Assembly (NCBI GenBank): GCA_015680685.1
Contig: MNCI01002615.1
Coordinates: 208,685-272,684, forward strand
Origin: Gnetum montanum
Lineage: Eukaryota; Plantae; Gnetophyta
DNA length: 64,000 bases
Reading direction: 5' to 3'
Position numbers and translations under genes: made by a program. This document shows, piece by piece, positions 53,101 to 64,000 of the stretch (position 1 is the stretch's first letter; each line of letters begins with the position of its first letter). The notes beneath the pieces were generated by a model. It did no database searches and was not told the origin of the DNA. It worked only from the letters and a program-made list of their open reading frames with translations.

Positions 53101-55500
53101 GTCCTAGGGCTCTATTTGATTACATAGATCGGAGAGCCTGTGAGATTTCCTACTTAGTAATAGGGGCCACCAAGTTCCTATTTTGTGATGGTTGCACGAC
53201 CTTGTTGATGTTGACAAAGATGGGAGATATATCTCCCTTGGCCCAAACTTTAGCCCAATAGTCTTGTAGGATGGTAGCAACAGCATGGTCTCCAGTTACC
53301 ATCCAATCCCCTTGGTTGAGGCCATGGATCTTCTTAGTTGCCATGTTTTCCTTAGCAATTGCAAAAAAGAATCTTGTGTTACAATCTCCATCCTTTAACC
53401 ATTTCGTGTGGCTTCACTCCTTCCAATATTGTTCCTCTTCCACCGACAGCTATTGCAACTCCAAAAGGACATCATGTTCCTCTTGTCCCAAAGACTGCCC
53501 TTGCTCTTGGAGCTCCTAAATCCTATGTAACTTTACCGACAGCTCCTCCCCATATTCCTTAAACGCATATTTCTCACCTTTTTGTTGATCTTTGATTCTC
53601 TACTTCAAGGTGGTCAACACCTATTTCAGAAAATCTTTAGGGTCCAATCAGTTCAAATACCCTTTCCAGACGTAATAAACCAAATCAGCCAACCAAGGTT
53701 TGGTCAACCATGCTCTCTCAAATCTAAATAGTCAGGGTCCCAAGGAACCATCCTTACAAAAAGAGCAAAGTAAGGGCCTATGATCTAAGGCCCTTCTTTC
53801 CAACCCCTAAACACATATCTATTGCTTCAACAACAAAGCAGAGCTGACCCACACCCTATCAATTCAGGACATGTCACAATCTTTGCCTTTCCTTCTATTA
53901 CTCCAGGTAAATTGACAACCCATGATTTGTAGGTCCACCATATCAAAATTTTTGAGGTACTTAAGGCTTCTTGACTACCAAGCCCATCGGTCTTCTCCCA
54001 GGGGAACATCCGCTAGTTGAAATCCCCAATAATCATCCAGGTTGACTTATTTGGGATTTTCATTGTGATTTTGTGCAGTTCCATTAGGCGTGCCTTAGGA
54101 TCTTGTGGCCCATAGAAGTTGGTAACCCAAATATTCTAATCAACTAGGATAACTGAAATACCCCATCTAGAAGTTTCAAGCAATTACATATTAATGCGAG
54201 AAAGAATGGCTAGTCCACCAGACTTCCTGATAGAATCAACAAACACCGTCTGCCACCCAAACTAATCCAAAATTCTTTTCTATGCCCCAACTAGTTTGTC
54301 CTGCAAGCACACCATATCTACTTTACACAATTGAACTAATTCCCTCAAGGTACTACTTTTGTAAGGGTTACCTTGTCCCCTGCAATTCTAGAAAATGACA
54401 TTCATGGTTTGCTAGTGGACCGTTTCTTGTATACCCCTTTTAGAATAGTCTGGGTCCCCAAATCAATCTCCTGTTGAGTTTTCTTGATCCTCAGATCCAA
54501 AATAGAAGGTCATCTCATTTTTTTGGGACTAGCCAGCACTTCAAACCTACATCCTCCTCTTGTTTTACTGCCTACAGAAAAGGTTCCAAAGGGGGCTTGG
54601 ATGATCCCCTTTCGGCAAAAATCCAATCATTTAAAGGCAGTGCACAAAATGACAAGGATCCCTACCCCACCGGTGGCATGTTCTCCACATCTTGCAAGGT
54701 TTGCAATGGGGAGAAATGATTTTGGGAAACAACAGCCCTACCCTGGTCAAGAGATTGTTGTCAAACAGAAGGAGAAGGCAGCACAATAGAGGGGGATGGG
54801 GTTTCTGGGACAACCTACTTTTGTGTCTGTCCAGCATTGCCCTTCTTACCCTGTCTAGGTCTATCCCCCTGCTTCATCAAACCACGACCTTTCCTTTTAA
54901 ATCTGCAATCCATTGTGTCATGATTCACCTTGCCATAAATTGCACAGCCTTTGGTAAGGTTCCTCTTCAGGGGAGGTTGCATGTTCAACTTTTCATATTG
55001 CACTATAAGGAGCTCCTCCCCCTTCGAGAGCTCAAGCTTAATTTTTGTAACAAGTTCCACCAATGAAAGAGGTTGCCAAACACAAAAATGAACAAAATTC
55101 ATCCTCTCAATGGACATGATGAATTTATCAAATGCAAATAAATTCACCGAAAAACCAGCAATGGTACACAGGAATTCTGACCCCTAGAACTCCCACGGCA
55201 CAAAATCTGAATCCAAACTGGAGCTCATGAGAACAGATTAGATTCACAATGTGCCCCCGCCTGCCAAGGCATTAATGCTAATCCTTAGGCTCCAAAGAAC
55301 CACAACACACACACCCCCCCCCCCCCAAAAAAAATAAAACCTGGTCCCTAGCATCAAAATCAAGAAAAACAAACAACAACAAATCACCCAAGAGCAAGCA
55401 AACCTCCACTCCCACCTTCTTCTAGGTTGAAGTGACCCAACGCTAACCAGATTCCAAGTTAGGCCTAGCACCTACAGAGATCAAACGGCCATTGAAGCTA
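50150..55500 (-). mobile_element. LINE-B: decayed L1-type LINE with extended ORF2 (may extend 5' to ~56900; no poly(A) tail seen)
   Basis: ORF1 with a degenerate zinc knuckle (54815-55147 ..QYEKL..CAIYGKVNHDTMDC). ORF2 ATG at 54405 (MNVIF*NCRGQGNP), endonuclease (IGDFN), RT (KLDIAKAYD, GDPLSLYLF), zf-RVT at ~51600-51490, extension at 51340-50200. Confidence 0.88.
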
Positions 55501-57257
55501 GGCTTCATCACATGCAACCCTTCAGGTGCAAGTGCATGCATTTTCAAATGAAGACCACACCCCTGACGAGAGACCTCATCCACACCAGCAATACCAGGCT
55601 TCCATTTCTCTGTAACATGCCCATTCTATCTGTCCAAGAAAACCCACTTAGGCTCAAACCCTAGAATAGCATGTTTGCCAACGACAACATAGGAGGCCTT
55701 ATCCCTCTCAACTGCAACCCCTAGTATCGGCCCCAACAGGTGTCCACTCCACTCCTTCTAGAGAACACACACACACACACACATTTGGTCTGCCACAAAC
55801 ATTAGTAACCCAACTGAGTTTATAGGTGATAACCCGCATGTTGTTGTCACCTAGACCATCTGAAAGGCTAGGAACCAGCACATCTTCAGCTTTGCACCTA
55901 TGCCACCACTGCCTCTATTAGCTACTCAGGCCCTCAAGCTTTATAGAGAAGCCTGCAACACCATGGACATTCCTCCCACATTTGAACAAGTTATAGCACC
56001 CTTTCAGCAAGACCGTGTACTTTGGTTGCTAATCATGGGCGTTGGATAGGATATTTTTCTTCCTTTGGTACATGGTAAGAGGAACTTCAATGCCACAAAA
56101 TTCTTCTCTTGGTAGAGAGGGGACTGCACTGCATTCAAGAATATCCATATTCATTTGACTAGAAGCAAAAAGGGGAGTAATTCTACCAGGAACAAGGGGG
56201 TTGCCAAATGTCATTGATTTCTTCCCAAATGACATCCAAACCACTACAAATGCTCAAGTTTCAAGGACCTCCTTGCCCACTCTCTGGCAATGTGTGGCTG
56301 AAGTTGTGGAGAGATTCCTGGTTCAATGAGCAATTTGTCCAAGTTGGAGTCCATTTTTCCCTCCTTAAATGCCTAAGGCTAGGTTGCAGGGTCAATATCC
56401 TAATATTCTTCCTTGCCTTCAGAAATGGCAACTGACAAGCAATCTGGTTTCATGCTGGCCTTCTGGCACATTGTGAGGGTTGAGGTCAACATCACTAGAC
56501 CTCTAAATGTTGCTGCCACATCATTCACCTCGGCAATTCTGCCTCTTACTCTAGGAGATGGTCGCTCACATCAAGAGTTCAAGGGGGTTCTGATATGATG
56601 CAACCTAGGGTTGTGGCAAGTCAAGAGGATTCTGATATGCTGCAGCTTGGGCATGCGGCCTCAGAGTAAGAACAACAGGATGAGGGGGACAATCTCAGAG
56701 ACAGTCCATGGGAGGACAGGAATTCATGTCTGAGGACAAGGTGGACTCCAAAGGACAGGCTGAAGCTTGCCACGAAGATTAGTATGATCTTTCTACCATT
56801 GAAGAATCCCTCCATAGGAATATTGAAGTAGAGATTAGCATCCATGTAGAGAAGGAAAGGGAAAAGTTCAAAGACAGACCAAGCAATGAGATGCACATCC
56901 AGAAAAGTTTGAATGAAGACATGTCCTAGAAAAACAGGAAAAATTAGACCATATGATAAGAGATGTGAAACAAAAGGTTATTGAAAGATTATAAACAAGG
57001 GAATGATTAAGAACATGCACTTCAGGAAAACACAAATGAGGATCTTATCATGGAGTGTTAGGAGTTTTAGTTTTCGCTACAGTAAAATGATCCTTAAAGA
57101 TTTGACATTGCAAGTTTACATGCATGCTACATGTTACAGAAAGCAAAAAACTTAAGGTTGGCAAACATTTGTGTTGCAAATGACGATCTTGTTATACTAC
57201 TCCTAAAAATGAGCAGCTTTGGATTCTAGACAATTTTGAGTCATAGGCAGGCCTGGT

Positions 57258-57370
57258 TGTGCTGGAACCCCAAAATAATCGTAATACTTTATAACTTAGC
57301 ATTGCCTACCAGAATCAAACCCTTGACTTGGAGCTTTCAAATCAAGAGTCTTACCATTAGGCTAACACCT
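57258..57370 (-). mobile_element. Candidate tRNA-derived SINE
   Basis: Pol III A-box-like TAGCCTAATGG (57364-57354) and B-box-like GGTTTGATTCT (57321-57311). Flanked by the 10-bp direct repeat CAGGCCTGGT (57248-57257 and 57371-57380). No clear tail. Confidence 0.5.
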
Positions 57371-57557
57371 CAGGCCTGGTCACTATGAATAATGTTTTAT
57401 ATCAGACCATTAGACACCCCTCCAACATCAAATCGAATTATCTATATTCCAGATCTAACTCCAATGCTAATTCCTAAACATTGTACGTTTTCACTGCTCA
57501 GGAAAAACAGATTTAACCAATATAATAGGAAAAACTATCAAGTGGATGTTTTGATAC

Positions 57558-57655
57558 CTGCCCATTCTTGTGCATCTGTTAGATGAGTAACAGCATCACA
57601 GTTTGTAGCAATGAAAAGACATCCTTGATTTTCACGAATACACAAAGTTCCATAC
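57558..57655 (-). CDS. PGLP1: Phosphoglycolate phosphatase exon (cap domain); upstream exons lie beyond the window
   Basis: cag|G TAT...GCA G|gtatca encodes YGTLCIRENQGCLFIATNCDAVTHLTDAQEWA(G). THLTDAQEWAGGGS is PGLP1-type, not PGLP2-type. Confidence 0.95.
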
Positions 57656-58229
57656 CTGTAAGCGGTGATTATAACTTGTTACACATAGTAGCATAGCGCA
57701 CTTCTTTAACAACCAATGTGAAAACAATTATTTCAAAGGTTTCTTCAACAAAAAATATTTAAAAGGTTTTCAATTTCCCAATGAACACAGTATAAACAAA
57801 TTCAAATTTTTCAGTCTATTGATTCTTGATTTGATTTTTTCTTTTACAAAACAAAAGATGATCAGCCACACTACTATAAAGATAATTCTGTGAACAGTAG
57901 GGAATTGACCTTACATGTGTGTATTTAACATCATGCATGTGAAAATGAAAGCTTCAAATAACTGTAGAATTTTTAGTTCTCTCTAAGATATATTAACCTC
58001 TTTTAGTATAAGTAGGAAAGACGATGCTTCAATCTATAACAATTCAGTATCCTTTATGTTATTAATAAGAAGGCAACCAAGTCTTGAATTTGAGAACTTT
58101 GCAAATAAACGTACCCACTATTGATACCATAAGGAATAACTCGTTTCTACAACATTTTCAACAGCAGACCTTGAAATTTTTGTACTGCATTACCAATCTT
58201 TCTCATGTGTTTCATCAACAATTTCTATA

Positions 58230-60580
58230 GAAGCAGCATGGAGCCTTATGCTCTTCTTCCCAGGTGAGAGAATATTTCTGACCAACTTATATGGACCTCA
58301 GGCTTGGACAGATCGGCTCCACAACCTTCTCCTCATCACCTCAAAGGTAGGCAACCACAAGGCCTAGATTGTGGTTGGAGACTTCAATCAGAAACTGTAC
58401 AAATGGGAGCAAGTAGGGAGGGGCATTATGGAACCTCAAGGAAGTGAACTATTCCAGAAGTTTCTCCCCAATTTCAGCCTTGTTGATCTGAACATTCAAG
58501 GCTGCAAGTTTACATGGACCAATAACAAGAAAGGGGAGGACTGATTCATGTCCAGAATAGATAGAGTTTGGGTGAGTGTGGCCATGATGCTTATTAGACA
58601 TATCATCATGATGGGATTGGAGTCACAAGCATCCGATCACAAACCCTTTGTTTGCACCATCGGTCAACCCCAGGGCAAGATCCCTAGGGGCTAGCCATTT
58701 CAGTTAAAGAGAATGTGGCTGAGAAAACACTAGCTGATATGGTTCATCAGGTTTGGGCTTAACACCCTAGAGTCTATGATACTAGAGACTTCCTCAAGCA
58801 GGGACTGCAGCAGGTGAAACAGGGGATAAGAGCCTAGGCCAAACAGGATAGGTATAGTTTCAAGTTCCTCAAGTGGAAACACATTCTCAAGCTCCAAAGG
58901 GTCCAACAGTTACAGCAGGAGGGGCAGGACCTACAGTCAAATGAGTATGAAACACTTCGGGAGCTCCAATAGCTTAATCAAGATGAAGACCTTTACTAGA
59001 AGGAACAATATTGCATCCAGTGGCTAAAGGAGGGAGACCGTAACACTAAGTTCTTTGCCACAGCCAACGTGGCCAAAAGATTCAACACCATGACCCTCTT
59101 GGTTGAGGGGGAGAGTCACATCACAAACCTGCTGCTTATTGCGTGAACAATGCAACAATTTTCGAAGGATATTTGGTGGAAGCAGAATGTGTCCCCTATC
59201 TCCATCCTAATACAAAGGGTTCTTGCACAAAGAGATAACCATAGACTTATTCAAAACATCACTAAAGCCAAGGTCTTGAAGGCCATCTCCACTTTGAAGT
59301 CTGGGAAAGCACCACAGCCTAACGGGTGGCCTGTCAATTTCTGTGTTGAGTTTTTCAAGGAGCTAGGACAAAACCTTGTAGATGCTTTCAACCTTATGCT
59401 TCAGTGGGGCCAGTTGAGGAAGGAGGTCAACTGCTCTAGAGTTGTTTTGGTGCCCAAGGTTAATCCCCCAATGACGTCTGCAGACTTTTGGCCCATTGGG
59501 GTTTGTAACACCCTGCTGCAAATCTTTTCTAAGATCCCAATTCATAGATTACAACCTTTGATACCTATGCTAGTTGGTAGACAACAGGTGGGATTCACAA
59601 AAGGGAGGCATATATCAGATCAGATTCTATTCCTACATGAGGCCTTGCGCTTAGTGAAAAGAGCTGTGCTCCTAGGTATGTTCCTCAAATTGGATATAGT
59701 TAAGCCTATGATATCATTGACTAGGACTCTCTGGGCCATATCATGCTGCACAAAGGCTTCCACCCCAAATTCTTGGACCTTGGTCTTCAAATGCAATGCA
59801 TGGGGGCTTTCTCCTTGATATTAACAGACAGCTTTGGGGGTTTTCCTCCCTCAAGAGGGAACTGCACTAGAGGAATCTATTGTCACCTTACCTATTGATT
59901 CTGGCAATGGATACTAGGATGAAGGAGTGAGAGGCCTAGAAGCAAAGGCATTTCATGCATTGCAAATCACTATGCAAATGACACTATATTAACTACGAAG
60001 GCTACCGTTCCACAGGCCCCAGTCATCAAGAACACCTTGCCAAGAATGAGCAAGGAACTACGATTGGATGTTAGTTGGGTAAAATTTGTCAAACACTTTG
60101 TTCTAACCAACATTAACATGAAAGAAGGATAATTGGGATGCTAGGGATTGGCCAAGGGTGATAAGAACATGTTTATTTGGGGATCCCCATGTTTCACTGG
60201 AGACGGATTGGTATGTGGGCTGGTTTTCTCGGCAGGATCCAAGCAAGGATTAGGCACTTGACCTCAAAATTCTTAACTAGCAAAGGAAAAGTCCTTCTAG
60301 TGACCATTGTTTTGGTGGCTATGGTGAGATATGTGGCCTCCATCGACAAAGTTAACTAGATCGTTAGGAACTTCATTTGGTCTAGCGGGAAAGGAAGCCA
60401 CAAAAGTCATCTTGTTTGTTGGGAAAAGATCACCTGCTCAAAGGTGGTAGGGGGTTGGCAGTGCCTTATTTTGAAGATGTGCTTCTCTTAACACATAATA
60501 ACCTGATGAAGAAGATCATGGAGATCGAAGATTGCTCTAATGATGATGCTCTGTGGGCAATTGCCATCAATCATGAGTAC
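58230..60580 (+). mobile_element. LINE-C: 5'- and 3'-truncated L1 ORF2 (endonuclease-RT), antisense to PGLP1
   Basis: TNLYGP, VGDFNQ, FTWTN..SRIDRVW, SDHKP; ORF 59150-59818 (KAPQPNG, FWPIGVCN, KLDIVK); 60177-60359. Ends abruptly at the LINE-D tail. Confidence 0.88.
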
Positions 60581-60582
60581 AT

Positions 60583-63500
60583 ATTTTTTTTTTCTTTTTT
60601 CTTTTTTCTTTTCTTGTGTGTGTGTGTGTGTGAGAGAGAGATTCATTAAACAAAAGAAAAATTAATGTACAACAACGTTAGTGCATGGCGGCCACCAGTA
60701 AGGAAGGGCAAGAGCCGCATGTCAAGCCACAGAAGCCCCAGCCCTCAATCAGAAAACAGACCCCTACCAAATGGTGGGCCCAAAGCCCACACAAGTGTTT
60801 CCAAACCAGCCCCCAAAAGAACCCCCCCCCCCCCCCCAAAACCCCACACCAAATGATCAAGAAACCAGAATCAACCTTTCTCCGCCTGCATCATACTAGT
60901 AGCCACGGAGCCCACCGCAATGCCCAATGTCACTGTCATCGATGCCCCCAAAGTCACCTCCCGTGCAACCTGGAGATGGTCCAACTCATTGCTCGCAGTC
61001 GTTCCAACCATACCCAGCCATGCCTCCCTTTTGACCTGCAGTTGCCATTGAGTTCTGCAGCTCTCCCATCGCTGCCTATGTAGCTCGACGATCTGAGCAT
61101 ACTCAGCCATATGATGCTCAAGTAAGTCCTCCATGAGCTACAAGTCCTTGATCCTCTGCGCATCCGCCTGCACCTAAATTGATGCCTGCAGCTCTTCCCA
61201 GCATGACTACCAAAACGCCCTTTCTTCTGATCTTGCTTGCTCTGCCACCAAACAACAGGCTACCTCAAGTACCTCCCACATCTGATTGGCCTACGCAGGC
61301 CACCCTCCTAGCAAGCTATCTGGTTCCACTTCCCCTGTGTTGGCACCAAACACTTGGTCCACCTCAATTATCCCCTTTGGTCACTCAAGCCTCCACATCC
61401 CCTATGCCGAACCCTCAGATTTCCTACAGTAAACTAGCACCAACATCGTCCACAGATGGTATGTCAACACACCCCACCCTCCAAAGCACTAGGATGAGCC
61501 CAGAATGTCTTTTGGGCCTTTTCTGCCTCAAAGAGCTAAGGAGGAAGCAAGGAATGTTAACCAAAAGATTGTGACAAATACACCTAAGAAAGGCGAAGTG
61601 CACCCATACCAGACAATGCGGCAACCCAAATTGAACAAAAAAATGATCCACGAGATCCGTGGCGACCTACCAAACCCTTGGCAACTTATTTTTTCGTATG
61701 TGGCCACTTGTGGTCCGCAGTACAACACCTTGGAAAAACTCTATTGCAAATGTTTGGGAGCAAACCATCAAGGGGATAACCTCCCCTTCCGCAAGCACCC
61801 CAAAAACCTCCTACAAAGCCATCTCAATTAGCATTATCCTCCTAGCCCGAAACTGTGTTTCCTCACCCTCCTAGTTTGTGAAGAACCTTTCCATCGATAA
61901 TCCTAGCTCCCCTTCCACACGATGCAACATTTCCTCCCATCCCATTCTTGCGATCAGCAGCCACAGTTGAGCATCTCCGATGAATTCAATGACCGCAGAT
62001 TCGTGAACTGGCCCCCAAGCCATGGCCTACGTTGCTTCCATCCACAAGAAAACTCCAACCCTAACAACCACAAACGGCGTTGGCACCTATTGCCCTTTGA
62101 AAATAGAATTGTTTTTGTTTTTCCAAGCAAACCATAATATAGCCAATGCCTGAGTCCCCACATGGTGGAAACAAAGGGAAAGCTAAGTTGTTCACCAAAC
62201 CTCCTCCATAAAAGAGCATTGGTTAAGCAGATGATTTAATGTTTCCATCTCTTCTTGACAAAGAGGGCATGTATCATCAATAATGATTTCTCGCACCCTC
62301 AATGCCACCTGCATTGGTAAGGCATTATGCTTAATAAGCCAACCAAAAGCTTTTACCTTTTCTAGCAATCTTCCTTTCCACAACTCTTTCCACCTTGCCA
62401 TTGGCAAATACCTCATATGGTGGTTTGCCCAACAGTCCTTTGGCTTCCATTATTCTGACATGGTGGCAAAGGTTCTTCCATAGGTATGAGCATTTGCCGC
62501 TTGCCTCCCATCGATTATGCTTCTAATCAAGAATCTTCATCCAAGGGGCCTACTCTCTAGGTTGTGTCAACATTCAATTTAGCAGGCGTTGCATCCCAAG
62601 CATGACCTCATCCATAAAAGTTAGCACCCCAATTCCTCCAGCCTCCTGTAGCCTTGTAGTTAGCTATCAACAAACCAAGTGTAATTTTTTGCCCCCTTTG
62701 CCCCTAAACCAAATGAAATGCCTAATCATTTGGTCAACTTTCTGGATGACCCCAATTGGCAAGACGACCATAGAAGCAATGTAATGAGTAGTAGCCATTA
62801 GCACCGTAGACACCAGTAAAATCTTACCCCTCCAAGACAAGAACTGGTTACTCCATTGTGTTATTTTTGAACGCACCTTCACCAATAGACCCACCCATGT
62901 TCCCTTTCGGTGCCACTCAAATATCGGCATTCCTAGATACAAATTGTGTTGTCTACCAGGCAATATGCCCAACACCTGCACAATTTTTGTGCTTACCTGC
63001 CCTGTGGTGTTAGAAAAATGTAAGATAGATTTATCCTTATTAACTACCAACCCTAGTTCGTCCTCCATCCTGTGCAAGGCCCTCGTTAACAGTTCTACCT
63101 GCAGCACCATGGCTCTAGAGAACAGAATTGTGTTGTCTGTAAAATGTACGACCAAACAATGCTCCCCCATAATAGTCAACCCCTGCATCCCCTCAGCAAA
63201 ACAATAAGCCTGCAACAGGTCCATAACCAAGAGAAAAAGTAGGGGAGAAAGCGAGACTCTACCGTAACCCCTTGCTTGTGGCGTTGAAGCCCCACAACCT
63301 ACCATCAATATCCAACAAATATTGACCCAAACTTTGTATCTGGAGACAGAGGTTAACAAAAGTAGGGCTAAAGCCTTTTAGCAGCATGATTTGTTTTAAG
63401 GCTACCCAAGTTACTGTGTCATAAGCCTTGGCAATATCTAATTTAATGCATATGCCTAGGAACTTTGATATGCACAACAAGTGCAAAATCTCCTGAAGCA

Positions 63501-63770
63501 ACAAAACCTAATCCTGCAAGAAGCAGTTCCTAATGAACCCAACCTGGTGCATGCCCACAACCTTCATCATTAAAAGGGCCAATCCAACCATGAGCAATTT
63601 TGAAAATAGGCAAAACAATGTGTTACAAACCCCAATGGGCCTGAAATGAGCTAGCTTCGATGGATCTCTCACTTTCAACAGAAACACAATCTAGGAGCAA
63701 TTGATTGCCTGTCTCACCTGCTACCAACTAAGCATTTTATTGAATGCATTCAACATGTTCTCCCCTACTA
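60583..63770 (-). mobile_element. LINE-D: 3' half of an L1-type LINE (RT, zf-RVT, ORF2 extension, A-rich tail with microsatellite)
   Basis: RT at 63504-62667 (KLDIAKAYD, LSPLLF, FTDN); zf-RVT at 62192-62416 (CPLC..E..NHLL.QC); extension at 62100-60871; tail seen on the plus strand as a T-rich run plus (TG)n(AG)n at 60583-60640. Confidence 0.9.
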
Positions 63771-63774
63771 TGTC

Positions 63775-64000
63775 TTGAAATTCTCTGAAAAATTCTCTGA
63801 AGCTCTTCTTGACTCAGGTTCCGGAGTCAACTTAATTTCACGAGAGATGTATCAAGCCTGGAACCTGCCCCAACTTAAGAAGAGCAACATTCAACTAGAG
63901 CTGGCAGACCAGTCCATCACCATTCCCTTGGGATTGGTGGAGGACATCGTTACCACACTATGTGTGGTTGGTCCTACCCAACTGATTTCATGGTGATTGA
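63775..64000 (+). mobile_element. Gypsy aspartic protease fragment; continues beyond the window
   Basis: ALLDSGSGVNLIS..LELADQSI..PLGLVEDI. Confidence 0.85.

Noticed and set aside
57299-57370. Functional tRNA gene
   Set aside because: The B box is degenerate and there is no convincing acceptor stem or cloverleaf. Reported only as a SINE candidate.
60665-61874. Plus-strand Pro/Ser-rich ORFs (also 38045-38470, 50406-50756 and 52947-53562)
   Set aside because: They are antisense shadows of minus-strand LINE coding sequence.

Overview
This is plant nuclear DNA, probably from a gymnosperm or another non-angiosperm vascular plant (inferred from the Tat-type retrotransposon domain order and the very long introns). 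It is not prokaryotic. The left half (1-34 kb) is a nest of decayed Ty3/Gypsy LTR retrotransposons: an Athila-like element with an extra 3' ORF, and a second Athila-like element whose integrase is split (TSD CTATC) by a complete Tat-type element at 12121-27851 (order gag-PR-aRH-RT-RH-INT). The 3' LTR of that Tat element holds a related solo LTR (14289-17225, TSD ATTAT) carrying an open, CpG-rich KIC/PBP1-type EF-hand gene in its U3 region. The right half contains the last four coding exons of a minus-strand phosphoglycolate phosphatase gene (PGLP1). Three of its introns are long (7.7 kb, 13 kb and >6 kb) and packed with L1-type LINEs. The main unusual observation is that three diverged LINE copies lack the usual C-terminal RNase H. 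Instead, ORF2 continues after zf-RVT into a shared ~400-480 aa extension: a domain resembling the Gypsy accessory 'plant transposon protein' (Transposase_32-like) followed by a long coiled coil. All translations and alignments were done by eye, and most TE boundaries are approximate.
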